Position numbers and translations under genes: made by a program | Shown: positions 50,142 through 64,000 of the stretch, piece after piece | Position numbering within the stretch: position 1 is the stretch's first letter | Layout: every line of letters starts with the position of its first letter | Assembly: GCA_030141605.1 (NCBI GenBank) | Contig: JAQGDQ010000258.1 | Coordinates: 248,001 to 312,000 of the forward strand | DNA: 64,000 nt | DNA from: Tubiluchus corallicola | Taxonomy: Eukaryota; Animalia; Priapulida | Direction of reading: 5' to 3' | Notes under the pieces: model-generated | The model's database searches: none | What the model was told of the DNA's origin: nothing | The model's input: only the letters and a program-made list of their open reading frames with translations

Positions 50142-53051
50142 TTACTTATAAAAAGAACATCAAATTTCTAAATATAAATATTCAAAGTCTCGTCAAAAAA
50201 CACTGGCTGCTGAAAGATACAATTCACGCCACCGAAAATCTGATTGTAGGCATAACAGAAACTTGGCTCCATAAACAAATACTTAGCAACACTATAGAAT
50301 TACCTAATCACACATTAATAAGAAGAGATAGATGTAAAAATAAGAAAGGTGGAGGGGGTGCGATGTATATACCTTCACACCTGAGACCACAAGAAATGAA
50401 AGGCATCAGAACCGGCAAGATTGAATCTGTTTGGTGCAGCATTGAGAACTATGTAATAGGAACCATATATAGACCACCCAATCTCAAACACAAAACATTT
50501 TTCAAATACTTTAGTGAAGAACTAGAACGCAGTGCTTTCGAAAATAAAAAAGTTCTTATAATGGGCGATTTCAACCTTGATATTTTAGCTACAAACACAC
50601 TGGCATACAAAACATACACAGAGCTCTTAAAACAATATAATGTCCACATACTTAACAACAATAAACCTACTCGAATTTCTAAAACATCAGCCACAGTAAT
50701 CGACCATTTCAGTTCGAATAGTAACAATAATTTCGTAGCATATGATACTTTCCCGTGTGATTATTCAGATCATCATTTCACAATATTAGTAGATAAAATG
50801 ACCCCACAGCATAATAATAACCAAAATTCAGTCTGGCATTTAATGAGAGACTACGCCCAATACAACAAACATTCATACTTAATCGACTTAGCAAAAATGA
50901 ACTGGACCTCCGTATATATGACTGATAAAATAGATACACAAGTTAATATTCTGACATATAATGTCGAATATTGCCTTAATGTACATGCACCATATAAAAA
51001 CGTAAAGCAAATCCCACAACAAAGCAAACTCAATAACGAAAGTACCTGGACAACACCTGAACTTGACAAACTAAGAATAGCGAAAAACAGAATGTATAAT
51101 ATATGGGAAAAGAACAAAACTAAAAACAATCATAACAATTATAAAAAAAGAGAAATCAATTTAATAATCTTAATAAATGCTTGAAAAATAAACATATACA
51201 ACAACAATGTAAAAACGCAACAAATACCAAAGAAAAATGGAAAATTATTAACAATGTAATAAATAAATGCCGTAACAAACTAACGAGTGTTGACGAAATT
51301 AAGATCAACAACACTGTTATTACAAAACCCAAAGATATTGCCAACGCGCTAAATGCAATATTCCTGAATCTTGGAAATTTTAAGGGAGTGGCTTCTCATA
51401 TTAGCAATAATATAATTAATAAATTAAAAAACAAATCGTCTAACACAGTATTCTCATTCAAAAGCGTCACAGTAGGAGAAATCAACGACATATTAAATAA
51501 CCTAAGTTCCAACAAAGGGAGTGGACCATCAGATATTCCTATCAAAATTCTAAAAGATAGTGCATCTGTAATAGCCCCGCATATGACTTACATTGCTAAT
51601 CAGATAATTATGAGAGGCGAATTTCCAACGGTATGTAAAATGGCAAACGTGACTCCAATCCATAAAAAAGATCCAAAATGTGATCCCATGAATTATCGCC
51701 CAATTTCCGTAATCCATTGTTTCGGCAAAGTTTGGGAAAGGGTAATTTATGATCAGATAAATTCATATGTAAATAAACATGAACTTTTATCAAAACATCA
51801 GTTTGGCTTCCGTAAACACCTTTCAACCATTGACGCCCTAATACACACAACAGAAAATTGGAGACATAGTTTAGACAACAAGCAATACATTTTAGCAGCA
51901 TTTTTGGATTTAAGTAAAGCTTTCGATAGCATTAATCACGAACTACTTTACGATAATTTAAAACAAATCGGATTAGATTCGATATCGATAAAACTGATAC
52001 AAAATTATCTCAAAGATAGACAACAACGAGTAAAGTTAGATACAACCAACTTTTCTGACTGGGCCACGTTAAACAGAGGTATACCGCAAGGAACACTATT
52101 AGGTCCGTTATTATTTTGCCTATATATAAACAACACATCCAGTGTATTAAAACACTCACAAATAACGCAATACGCTGATGACACTACAATCTACATAGCC
52201 CATGAAAATGTCCAAACTGCAAAAAATTATTTAGAAGAAGATATAAATGAATAATGACAAAACAGAATTCATGATACTGTCACCCTCATTAAATACTAAT
52301 GATGCATCATCAACCACTTTGACAATAGATAATGCTGTAATCAAACAAACTAAGAATGTTAAATTCCTGGGCATACAAGTAGACAATAATCTTTCATGGG
52401 ATGATCACTTTAATAACGTATACACAAAAATGGCATCTAGCACATCATATCTCCGACAAGTTAAAGGGCAACTAACAAAGGAAACTAAAACACTAATATA
52501 TAAAACTTTAGTTCTACCACACTTCTTATATGGATGTACGCTACTTCAAAAAACCAAAAGAGAAAATTACTTAAAATTAAATCTCCTTCAAAACTATGCG
52601 TTGAGATTGATAGCTGGGTACTCATACAAACACAAGGCAGGTAGACAAAAATTCAAAGCTTCAACAACTAACCTGAGAAAAACTTTAAAATTCCCAATCA
52701 TTGAAGCACACAAAGAATATTTTACTCTGCTTTTTATATTTAAATACATTAACAACATCAGCAAACCATTCCAGAATAACAGATTTACCTTTTTTTCCAA
52801 ATCCTATCGTTAATTCCAGAACAAGCAATCTAAAACAAATTAGGACAAATACCCACTATGGAACGAACTCTGTAATCAAACAAGCAATTTTACTTTGGAA
52901 TTCTCTACCATTACAGGTTAAACAAATCAAGTCCCTATCAGCATTTAAAACAAAATTAAAATCACTAATATTAACCAGATATGAAATACCATCACACCAG
53001 TACGACAACATACACACTAATTCCGAATTCATATACCCACGGCCATATTAA
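50138..53051 (+). pseudogene. Frameshifted APE endonuclease-reverse transcriptase (ORF2) of the LINE
   Basis: APE motifs NINIQSL, GITETWL, YRPP, GDFN, PTR, IDH and SDH. RT motifs YRPIS, QFGFR, FLDLSKAFD, GIPQGTLLGPLLF and YADD. Frame breaks near 51145, 52250 and 52793. Confidence 0.9.
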
Positions 53052-53255
53052 TTAAATCATAGTTTTTTTTATATTTTTTGTGTATAGTTGTAAATATGTT
53101 TGATTTTATTCGTCGTTACTTTCCATTACTGCACAGTAGTTTAGATTGCACTGACGCATTTGCCTTCAGCAGTGTAAGTTTTTATTAACTAACACTGATT
53201 GATTATCTCTGTAAAGTTTTTATCAGTGATTATCAATGTTTTTAATGGCAAATAA

Positions 53256-53257
<2 letters not shown>

Positions 53258-53306
<49 letters not shown>

Positions 53307-53338
53307 TGTGTGTGTGTGTGCGTGCACGTGCGTGTGTT
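53258..53338. repeat. (GT)n microsatellite forming the LINE 3' tail
   Basis: Immediately follows AATAAAG. Confidence 0.9.
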
Positions 53339-56300
53339 TGTAATATGTATGTAAGTAAATGTGTCTAGTAGTTTACAATGTTAAGTATCCGCTTGCTCTT
53401 CATTCCTGTGTGACATTGCGGTATTGCATAATTTGCATTACAGCTGACTAATTTACTGAAAGTCAAAATAAAAAATAGACAGATTTCATTTTTTTCGCAT
53501 TTTAGGAGCTAACTGTAAAGTGGGTTAGTGCCATTTAAGTACGGTCTGGCCGAATTTTTACGAAAACAGTCAACATATTAAATTAACAGGTGTTCATGTT
53601 TTGTACGAAAATATGTTGGCAATATTGCAGTAGAGCTTTGAAATATAAATGTTTTTTTACAATGCGGTTTGTAAAATTAATTTTTTTATGTTATATGGCT
53701 TTTTTATCTCAAGTAAATGCCGATAATTTTGTTCATAAAGCATCTGAGGAATCTTTTACCGGCATCATCATTTTCCAAATCAAATAAGACTGACATAATT
53801 TAATGCTAAACTAAGCACACTTTTACTGTTAAAATAAATCAGACTAAGCGTCTTTTCAAAATTCTTTAATGAAGCCAAACTTTTGCTCAGTAGACGCAGT
53901 TCGTGCATACATTGTGTTCTCACAGAGTTAAGTAATTTCGCTGTCTAAGCTGGAGGCTTGTCAAAGAATTGTTAACAAAGTTAAAAGTAATCCTTTCATT
54001 CCCATTGGACTAATGACAGATCAAAAGCTTAACATGTTAGCAAGACCAGCTCAAAGAAATATCGAAGAGGCATCATTTAAGGTTAAGCTTACGTATGTTA
54101 ATAAGAAGCCTTAAATGCACGTATGGTTGCGTTTTTTAATGATGAATGCCATTCATCAAAGTCCCCCTTCAGAAGAATGACCAATTAGCATTTTACAGAG
54201 ATTTTGTTACTAGAATGAAACCATTGTACGCTTGAGACAGGTTATCTCAATACAAGGTATGATGTGCTATTGAGAGGTAGCTACAGAATAAATTTAAAAC
54301 AATAATGCTGAAAATGATTTAAAATTATAATTAATTGGATCAGGTTGTTTATTTCACAGATTTTAAATCGTAGCGATGTCGTTCTTTTGAAGATTTTACT
54401 TTATTGACTTAGTTACAACAAGATTAAGAGTAACAGCTCTTACAGTATGCTACCTGTCTTATTTTATTTTACATGTTCGATTTTATTTTGATTTAAATTT
54501 ATATCTCACCACTGTAATCCATATTCATTGGACCCTATGCAGTTTTAAATTCCTCTTTGTAGAATTATTACACGTTATTATACCACTTTCTCAACATGAA
54601 AAAATTATGGTTCCTCATACTTTCATTTATTCTCACTTTTTTGTGCAAAATTTGTAATATTTACCCTAATGTTCAGACCATAAGTTAGTACATCTAAAAC
54701 ACGCTTACATTTTGTAAAATAGTCTGAGCAAAATAGTCTATTTAATTTAGGCCATTGATTTTAAATTTCCATTTTCTGTGTTTTTCTGTGTATTTTATTT
54801 GTTTTGTTTTATGGACGGCAAAGTACGAAAGCGATAACCAGATTTTTTTATAATCGGATATCATGGCCCTAATACGCTTTCGTAGCTAGGAGTTATACTC
54901 GTTCTATTGTTTAAATCCCGTCTTAAAATAAACTAGTACTTACGTACATAGTTAATTACTTTCTTATTTTTATCTTAAACAAGAAAAATTATTTTTCGTT
55001 TCATTTCCTATATTCCTCCTACCATGTTAGTCGTGGGATTTTAAAGAAATACAGTTTGGTGTATGTTTTATTACTGAATAGGATTTTCTTCTGTTTACTT
55101 AACAATTGCTCTGTTGTGGGCAGACGTATGAACCAGACAAAGTCAATAGATATCCGTTTACATGGTAAATGACGTAGTTGTACAAACTATAATCATCAAT
55201 GAAATTGATAAAGAAATGTCAGATTTGAAGAGCTAGTCAAATAGAAGATGCGCAAGAAATTTAAACTGTAGGTAAAAAGTATTTAAAGTGGTGCGTTGGT
55301 GTATTTGTTATGGCGTATTCACATGCATCAGGATTGTACTATGACGGTTATGTGATTGTTCTGGCAACGATAATTCTAGGGAAGGTGGAATAATGGGGAG
55401 GGCTGAGTGGTCACGATATGTGAGTAGTGATCGAAATTAAGCCAGTGTTTTACATGGTTGACGAAGGATGCATGTGCATCAGAATGCGGCTAAGAGCTCA
55501 ACCGCCCAGAGCTCGGCGTCTCATCTTAAAAGAACATCAATGACAATACGTTTCCTCGTAATCCTACCACAAATATATAAATTAAGTAGCGCTCATGCCA
55601 TTAAGTACTGAAGCCTGACTTGTAGGATTCAAAACTGTATAAAAATAAATGAATATATTGGCAAAATTGCTTCTCACATTTTTACTCAATAATTGCTAGA
55701 TGCAGAATTGATGCTTATAAATTCAGATTCCTAACTAATAGTAGGAGATAGACCTTATAAATACAGATAGGTCTACCTTCCACTACTAGTTAATTAGTTA
55801 TAATCATTCAGTCTTTCTGGGCGTGTGTTCGTACTTTCACTTTTTAACCGTAGTTCTCTTAAGATGAATGGCCACCCGCTTATTTGGTGATTTGTATTAA
55901 AAAGCACCAGAACTTAAAAAGGATGATCCTTTTACATGACTACAGAACTGATGTCTTAACCACGTTCCGAAATAGTACGGCAGTTCAGGCAAATTTTACT
56001 GAAGCAGTTCTGTATGGTTTCTATTCTATTAACTAACCAGGTCTAGCCTCGTTTAAATTCACTCGATACTACGTATATGAGTCCATTCCTTCTCTTAGCC
56101 ATGGTAAATTTTACGGCGGTAAAGTAACTGTTGTAAGTGCACTGTACAACTTAAAACTTATTGTAGAATTACAGTAGATGACTACAAAAATCGAACCTTC
56201 GTAACCAGCAAAATGACCCCACAGAGAAGCCAGTGATGAACTTATATGGTTTAGAGTACGCCATACTGTACCCTTTTACAACCATTATTTGCTAACCATT

Positions 56301-57689
56301 TGAGCGCAATTTCGACATCATTCGCCAATTATCAACCGATACTGTGAACATTAATTACTTATAACCACACGTGTGTACAAAACATCCCTAACTAAAGGAC
56401 GCGGAACAGCTGGTGCTCTTTAAGCATATATTCCAGCCTACGTAACTGACTAACTGCAGAGCAAAGGAGGTTGATTAGGTTATTAAAGGTGTAGAAATAA
56501 GTAGCATTTGCAAGCTTAATCATCCTTGACTACTCTCTGGAGGTGGGGTACATGTGTGGTCGTCATTATCTCATCTCAATGGTAATAATTAGACTATGCG
56601 TCTTAGGACCTCATTAGGGTATTGCAAAAATGGGAAAAAATCCTGAGATTAGGAGTTGAAATAGCATATATTGCATGAAAGAATGTATAACCACGGATGA
56701 GCATTTGTGCGTACTGAAAAGGGAAGTACATAGCTAAATATAATTGATTTTCAACAATATAGCTACGTATAAATTTTGTAGCTAGAAATAAACTAGTGAA
56801 CTAAGTCTAAACTTTGTTCTATAGGAACTAACATAGCTTAAACAAAGTTTTTTTATTGAGTACTTAATTACAAAAAAAACGTTTTTCATTTTTATGCGAA
56901 ACCCATTTTTTTATATTTTTCGAAACAAGCTTTTATGTTATACAAGAAGGTATACAGAGAGTCAAAGAAGGGAGGACATTTTATATTTGTTTGCAGTAAA
57001 TTTAACAAATTTGACTGATAGAAAGCTGGTAATTTTTGCAAAGCAAAACTGCACTTACGCTGATAATATTGAAGGTACGGCCCTACATGAAATCTTATTC
57101 GACTCGGAAATCCCACTAACTAATACAGTTTTGCGGTCACATGAAATCAGCTCGACTGAAAACATGTATAAACTAATTTGCTTCATCAATTCATCGGTGC
57201 AGAAGGGAAAGCCACTTCCTGATCAAATCAGGAAATCGAATAACAAAAAGTTTTTTCTGCATATTTCCCTGATTCGAAGCAGCCGATTCGGTGGAAGATC
57301 CAAGATTTAATCTGTTGCGTACGATTATTTTTATACTACATTATACTTAGCTTGAAAAATGTTTAATCTGTTTAGATGATCCCTTAGTTATTAATTACCA
57401 AACATTATTATGTAATAAAAAGTTCTTTAAATCTAGTTGTCAGCTGCCAAAATCATTTGCATGACCGTTACAGACATATAATTGCGCGAAGATGATCGAT
57501 AAAGTTTTTAATGCGCAAGAATAGTTTGTTCAACATGTTCTGTGCAGCATTCCAGACCAGACTTTAGATTGTATTTGACTTTAGACACCAATATGAAGCA
57601 GTTAACAAAACAAATCAATCAACTATTCATTTCGTATTGAAAATTTCATGGAACGATTTTAACAAATTCGAAAGTTTATCTACTCGGAA

Positions 57690-58051
57690 GTTGCTTTTTT
57701 CATTTTCCATGTAACTAGAGAGCACTGAGTAAAAGGGCATAGCTGTTTTGATGAGATCGACATACTTTGAGGCTACCACAAAAATTATTGCGAAAAAGCA
57801 GCTACTGTCTTGTGGAGTATCTAGTAGTGCCAGTAGGTTAATTCTTAATATACGTGGATGTAAAGCTTCAGAAAACGATGCCCATAAGCCCTCGCTAAGC
57901 AAATGAGCCATGCCTCACCGCGGTGCGAGGTATCAACTTTCTAGATTACTTTAGTGCGGAGAAAAAGTCGCGACAGGCTAACAGACAGACGGACAAATGC
58001 ACAGACAGAACTGATAATTCTATAGTTACCCACTTATTTGGGGAAACTATA
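57690..58051. mobile_element. Possible DINE-1/HINE (Helentron-associated)-like end; left boundary uncertain
   Basis: GACA/GACG short repeats (ACAGACAGACGGACA) followed by the terminal hairpin TATAGTTACCC-acttattt-GGGGAAACTATA. Confidence 0.4.
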
Positions 58052-59024
58052 CGATATTTTGAACAGACACCACCACCACCACACTAGCAAATCGTAGCAT
58101 AGATTTCGTCTAATTTAAAAAAAAGAAGTGAATACAATTTATCGAAAATACAAAAAGGTGTGGCTGATGCTTGAATTTTTGTGTATTTCTGGGTGAGACG
58201 AGGCTCTTATTATTTGGCAATATAAGTAAGAATAAAAATAAGATAAGAAAACGTCGACATCCTTTTTTAACTAATTTCCAATTTCGGAGTACGTATTTAT
58301 TTAAAATTCCATCATCTGCGTTAAAAACTTTTTAATATCTTTTTGTACTTTCTACTTAGTTGCAATTGCAACAACTTCACATTTGACTGAAGTTGTGTAA
58401 TTTCAACTAAATGTAGAGCATAAAGAAAACTGGACAAATTGTATGCCACTGATAATAACTTCAACCAAACGTAAAATACAAAAATGTTGAAAAATTGTTT
58501 AGCACTGTTGATGAGTTTTAAATAAATAAACAAGCCGAAATCAATTTGGCTAATACAGTTCTTATCTTAATTTTTTTTGCTTGTATCAAAAATAAGTGTT
58601 CATGTACACCCCCCCCTCAGGAGCACATTTCAAGATCGTGATAGTCACGAGTTTTTCTCAAAATCTAAATTGACACGCAATTTGATTACATTACATTTGC
58701 GCTGGAAATGTTTTACCTGAAATAATATTTTTGCATTTAGTTCTTAAATCAACATTATGAAATTGTCTTTTGTTTTCAATAACAAAACTTTGTAGATCTA
58801 TGGGAATCGAACAAAAGGTTATTTTGACTGTGTACTTTTCCTTTCACATTTTTATTTAAATTCTTCTCATTTTAATTAATTTTCTCTAATTATCATTTCT
58901 TTAAATTCACCGCTATCACCTTTCCGTCCGTCTTTTTGCGTTTTTTTCTAGTTACTCCTCTTCTTATTTTGTTTTGTTTCTTTCTTCCATATTTGCTCTG
59001 TCCCCCTTTTTCTTTTTCTTTATT

Positions 59025-59180
59025 TCTCTCTCTCTCTCTCTCTCTTTCTCTTTCTGTTGTTATATCGTTAATTGTTCTTTGTGTTATTGTCATGTGCCAT
59101 AATTCAGTTTATTTTTTGTATTAATCTGTGATGTTTGTATGAACGTTGCAAAGTTTGAAAAAACATTAAATCAAATCCAC

Positions 59181-59239
<59 letters not shown>

Positions 59240-59280
59240 TCTCCTCCCCCTTTCTTTCTCTCTCTCTCTCTCCTCTTTTT
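59025..59280. repeat. (CT)n microsatellites within a pyrimidine-rich tract
   Basis: Directly visible. Confidence 0.85.
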
Positions 59281-60424
59281 TCTCTTTCTGTCTCTTGTCC
59301 CGTCCATTTCTGTCATGTCATTTCATTGTCAGTCTCTTCCTCAACCCCATTCTCTCGTCTTTCCCTTTCTGCCTCACCTCTCCTCTCTTCTTTTTTTTCT
59401 TACTTCTGTTCCTAACTTACTCCCTCACTTCCACACCTTACCTCTCATTCACCGATTCTTTGTTTTATCTGCCTGCTGTCTGTCTTGTTAGCTGGCTGGC
59501 TTTTCTGTTTTTTTGTTCGGAGTCCTTTCTTATGTTCATAGATCTGTCTGCCCGTCCTCCATTTGTCCATCTGTCTATTTGTCATAATTATGATTGCCTC
59601 TTGCTTTCCTCTTCGCTGATTATTTTCTCACATTTTCCTGTTACATTCTATACTTTTACCTTATACAATTTTCTCTCAGCTTCTCTGTGCGCTTTTGCTG
59701 CTAGATTTATTGCCTGAGAGCTTTCGGCACTTGTAAAAATTTAACGCGGTTGGTCAGTAAGCAAGTGTCTCTTTCTAGCCTTTTCACTTTTCGTTCGGAG
59801 AATAGAAAGTGACAAGAAAAGTCAGAGCGTGAAAAGGCAGCTAAGTATTCCCCAGAGATAATTTTGTCTTTAAGAAACCATTTACGGTATTTAGCAATAG
59901 CAATGAAGCTGCCTGATGACACACTATAAGCCTGTGCAGACAAGTGTAGCAACTTTTTGGCCTTTACGTATTTTCCTAATTATTATTATTATTACTTTCT
60001 TCTCTGTTGTTCTTTGTATTAGAAATTATCAAAACCAACAAATAGGAAGAATTAGGTAGTGGAGGAATGTGTTCCAAGACTGCAAACGCGTTACCTCCTA
60101 GTTGTTTGACTGCAGCTGATACACGTTAGGCGATTAAGTTGTTTTTCGGATTTGAGGGAAAAGATAAAATTCAAACTGGCTATTTGACATTCTCGGTGAT
60201 ATATATTTGTAAGTGTTCTAAACACGTATTACACATCCATACTATAAGTTACAAAAGGTTGGTTTTCAAGCTGTTTTCAGTTTTAATTGAAAATGACTTT
60301 TGGATACCCACTCAAGTTCCCATTACTTCTATCTATTATGTGGTACTATAAGTAATGCTGGTTTCGAAGCCCAATAGCTATTTTTGACGATGAACGACTC
60401 ACTCAAGTTCCTAAACTGTGCGAA

Positions 60425-60835
60425 TCAATAACAGGTTGTTGGTTCGAGGCCAATAATTAATTGCCAGGTTGCAGCCCAATCACAATTTGCTAGCCATTAG
60501 CAGTAACTGGCAGTTTACAGACAATGATTCACTGACTGTGATTCGTTGCTAGGTTGCAGCCAATGGGATGTTGCTAGCTTGTAGCCAATGGCAGGTTTGG
60601 TAGGTTACAACCAATGACAGGTTGCTAACTTGTAGCCAGTGACAAGTTGTTAACTTGCAGCCAATGGCCGGTTGCTAGCTTTCCGCCAATGATAGGTAGT
60701 TGGTTGCAGCTGACAACAGTTGCTTAGGTTACAGACTATGATTGGTAGTAAGACTGCAGCCATTGACAGGTAGTTAGGTTGCAGCCATTGGATGGTTGCT
60801 AGACTGCAGTCAATGGCGGGTTGCTAGGTTGCACT
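60425..60835. repeat. Minisatellite, roughly 15 units of 25 bp (TTGCAGCCAATGACAGGTTGCTAGG-like)
   Basis: GCAGCCAATG..GGTTGCTAG recurs with ~25-bp periodicity. Confidence 0.85.
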
Positions 60836-63800
60836 AATAACAATGGTGCAGGCTTAGTACATATGACATGAATAGAAACCACTTTTCTGTACTTTGAAAA
60901 ACTACCGTTAGATTCTAATATTATGGAAGTACATATGGGAGGGATATAAACATTAGGGTATTACGTCGAATCAGTTGAGTTGACCGCCTAGCATTAAAAA
61001 GTCCAACTTAAACATTGATAGCTCCATTTTAACTCAGTTCATTCTGACTGACTGGGGCCTCGTCACGTCGCCCATTTTCCAAAAACATTTTCGAAATGTC
61101 TTGTTTATAATGAGATTTGAAGTTGATAATTTCAGTTGCCAGTTTGCTGTCATTATTGTTATATAATCCTAGGGTTATAATATGTATACCACTTAGAAGG
61201 CTGCATTTATTTGACACCTAAATGCCAGTACGCCATCTGTTGCTGTTTTTGAAATTTACAGTCAACTTGAAAATATCATAGTAACGGTACATAAAACGTC
61301 TGTCGATTACACGTCTAACGTTGTCCCAAAACTATACAAATAAAAACTAGTCATTAAAGCGACCAGATCCTCTCATAAAACAGATCGAAATCAGAAGATG
61401 AAAGCAATAAATTCTGTACAAACTTAAACACTTTCTAGCTAGCAATGAGCATTTAGGAAATGAGTGGTGCAGAAAGTCTAACGAAACGCACGTAATTTAG
61501 AGCTGGAAGGATATAAAACCTCCTAGTTAGCCTCCAATATAAATTGACAAGTGATCGCTTCCACATTAACGTGTGGATTGTTGAATTGTGGCGCAAAATT
61601 AACGAGGCTACTCAACGCCAACTTTGTTTGACAGCATTGCTTATGACGAGGTTATTTAACCATAGCTTTGACGGCAAACGCATTAATTGCTCTTTGATGG
61701 CAATGCGTGGAGGCAGTTGTTCGTCACTCCTTTTTCAAAGTTCTCATCCAGGCGTCTTGGACTTGCTCGAGTCATGTCAGTTTCTGTTCACTCTCGACTG
61801 TGTTGAAATTGTAGCACACTACATGATCTTCATATCTTCATATTTACCCTACCGTTTTCGACAACGATGCTCTAAAACCTATAGCAAAGCAGAAATTGGC
61901 CATGAAGCAGCTGACAGAGCTGTGTATTTTAAAACGGTCTAATGTTAATCTTACTCTTTTGCTGTAGACTGCAGTATAAGTAGGTATCTGATTACTAGAC
62001 ATGCGAACTTTGAAAAAAATTATTGTGGTCAATAAAACTGAACGGGAATATTGAAAACCGTCGTAAAGATCAAAAGAAACTCCTCCAAAGTGTGGAAGTT
62101 TCCTCACGCAAGATTAAAAACGAAGACATTGCGTTAATAAATTCATTAATTGAATTCCTAAACCGGAAAGTTTTTTTCCTTCCAATAAGTTTTTTACGGT
62201 TAATTATTTTAACTGTGATTTTATTACACTTGTAGCGGGCTGTTTAAATGCATCAATTTATCAAGCATTTAATCTTACTCGTCTTTTTCTTTGAAATTCG
62301 AGGCGATTTGTCAGCCTCCTAGTGATGCTGTCACAATCATCATAGTACAATAAATACACATAATCAAAAATATGTTTAACAATGGAAATACCCTGCACAA
62401 AAACGTAAAAATTATGAATCTGAAATTACACCGATGAAATGCGCCGAAATTTCAAATAATATGTAAGCTAACATTACAAAATACACCTCAGCGTCAACTC
62501 TCGTTTAAGTCAAATGACAGCATGACATGTAAATTATTGAAAATTAATGAACAAGTGATATTACAGCCAAAGAAATGGGACGGAGGAATGAACTTTGTGG
62601 TATGAAAAATGCCACCAAATAGCAGAGCATTATAGCTGCAAATGGGCTTCTTCAATTACATCGTTAAACATTTATTATTCTCTGCGAAGGTAGATCAAAA
62701 TAGCACTTTATGTCTGGTCTAGCTCCCGGAGCTGCTTTATTCTTGTAGCGTTGCCTCATTTGACTGCCGGAAAATTTGAAAGTTTTTTGTCCTGCACTAA
62801 TATCTCTTCTCTAGAGGAAACTTAGCCCCTTCACGAGAAAAAAGACAGTATATTTTTGAGTACTTTGAGTAAACTGTACAGACGCTTCATAAAAGCAAAT
62901 GAGTATTTTTAGATGAAAATGCTTTAATTATTTTTATTACTAGTACAAATCTAATATTCAAACATACAAAATACAAACGTACATTCCAAGCCAAGCCATC
63001 CAACGCTGGGCCAACGTTATAGAATGCTAAACACAATCACAATCATAACACTTTAAAACGTTTCTTGAATTGTGGTATTTCATTTGCGTCAAGCAGAAAT
63101 ATTGGCAATGGTAAAAAGGCGTGTTGAGATCAGATCAAGAGTGACAGTGTATCATTGCCTATAGAATCAGTTGACGTGGGGCCTATGTTGACTAACTTCT
63201 CGGGCAGACGCCATGTTAAACAGTATTAGAAGAACATGTAGCCGTTTCTAATCGTTGCCCTTGCTTCAAACCAAAGCCACGAAAAAACAGCACGTTAGTT
63301 GATTAATTTTCTAAAGTAAAGTATTCAAAAATATTTCATTGTAAAAGCAAATGTATTAATTTACTAATTCAAGTCCTGCATATAAATATAATCTTTAATG
63401 AGACAGAATTGTAATTACAACTGCTTAGACCTGCAACCAATTCCTGTGCTGCAAAGACTATTGAAACTGCCAGAACTTAAGAAATTGAAAGTCACAACTC
63501 GGAAAAATTATTAATGTCGTACACGTTCTCTAGCCAGTCATAATGAAAATGAATAACGACAGGTTAATTAACACCCAGGGACATTGTCCAGGTGAATTTG
63601 TAGGTGTAAATTGATGTTATTATATCGTGCGCTGTCTAAACAAACAATTATTAACTTTGGTGTACACAAATTGATAACGATTATGTAACAGTAGCACGTT
63701 GCTTGATAACCGCTATCAGCTTCCCTACATACAATGACTTTGCCAGAAAATGCCCGCCTCATTAATGTAAACTAATGTTATATTATTTAGTACCGGAGCA

Positions 63801-64000
63801 GAAAAGCAGTACGCCAGTTATTATGCAATTAAAAGCAAAATGTTTTTATAAGATTGCTCGAAGCTGATATAATGTAGTCAGCAGTGAATCTAATAGTGTA
63901 CCCTATTGCATACGCCGCTAGCAAATTTACTGCATATGTTATGCAAATGCTAAGCACCGATACGCAGGCTTATTACAAGCTGGGGGTCCAGGCAAAATAC

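Larger units (their letters stand above)
49842..53338 (+). mobile_element. Non-LTR retrotransposon (CR1/L2-group LINE), nearly full length; true 5' end probably somewhat upstream
   Basis: A 2A-like leader, APE endonuclease, RT and the C-terminal WNSLP..FKTKLK region appear in order. The 3' UTR ends in AATAAA followed by a (GT)n tail. Confidence 0.92.

Noticed and set aside
51140-51184. Programmed -1 frameshift between APE and RT
   Set aside because: T_AAA_AAA is not a canonical slippery heptamer in phase, and APE-RT is a single ORF in this group; a 1-nt loss in the A-run explains it.
53930-54115. ~60-codon open frame (VISLSKLEACQRIVNK...)
   Set aside because: No recognisable domain and no convincing splice-site pair.
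60425-60835. CRISPR-like periodicity
   Set aside because: Units are head-to-tail with no unique spacers, there are no cas genes, and the context is eukaryotic.
61544-61942. 132-aa ORF downstream of a TATAAAA (also the 138-aa ORF at 56894-57310)
   Set aside because: No recognisable domain or coding-like composition; the 61544 ORF starts at TTG. Could be UTR or noise.

Overview
AT-rich, repeat-rich animal (invertebrate, probably chitin-producing) genomic DNA. The main gene is a minus-strand, six-exon chitin deacetylase reconstructed by hand: 37050-37020, 27619-27401, 23700-20287, 8619-8462, 7936-7800 and 6428-5627. All splice phases are compatible and give 1586 aa: signal peptide, CBM14, a ~1140-aa low-complexity linker and an intact CE4 catalytic domain, which is the group IV/CDA5-like architecture. 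Its 11.7-kb intron 3 holds an antisense BCAS2/SPF27 gene with an intronless CDS, just downstream of a complete non-autonomous Helitron. At the left edge is the first exon of another secreted protein, possibly an MMP. At 49.8-53.3 kb is a nearly intact CR1/L2-group LINE whose APE-RT frame is preceded by a 2A-like (StopGo) peptide, LLLILGGIETNPGP. The rest is MITEs (two with clear TSDs), tRNA-derived repeats including a back-to-back pair, four long foldback inverted repeats, minisatellites and microsatellites. Most short ORFs in the supplied track are spurious. All calls are by eye; no database searches were run.
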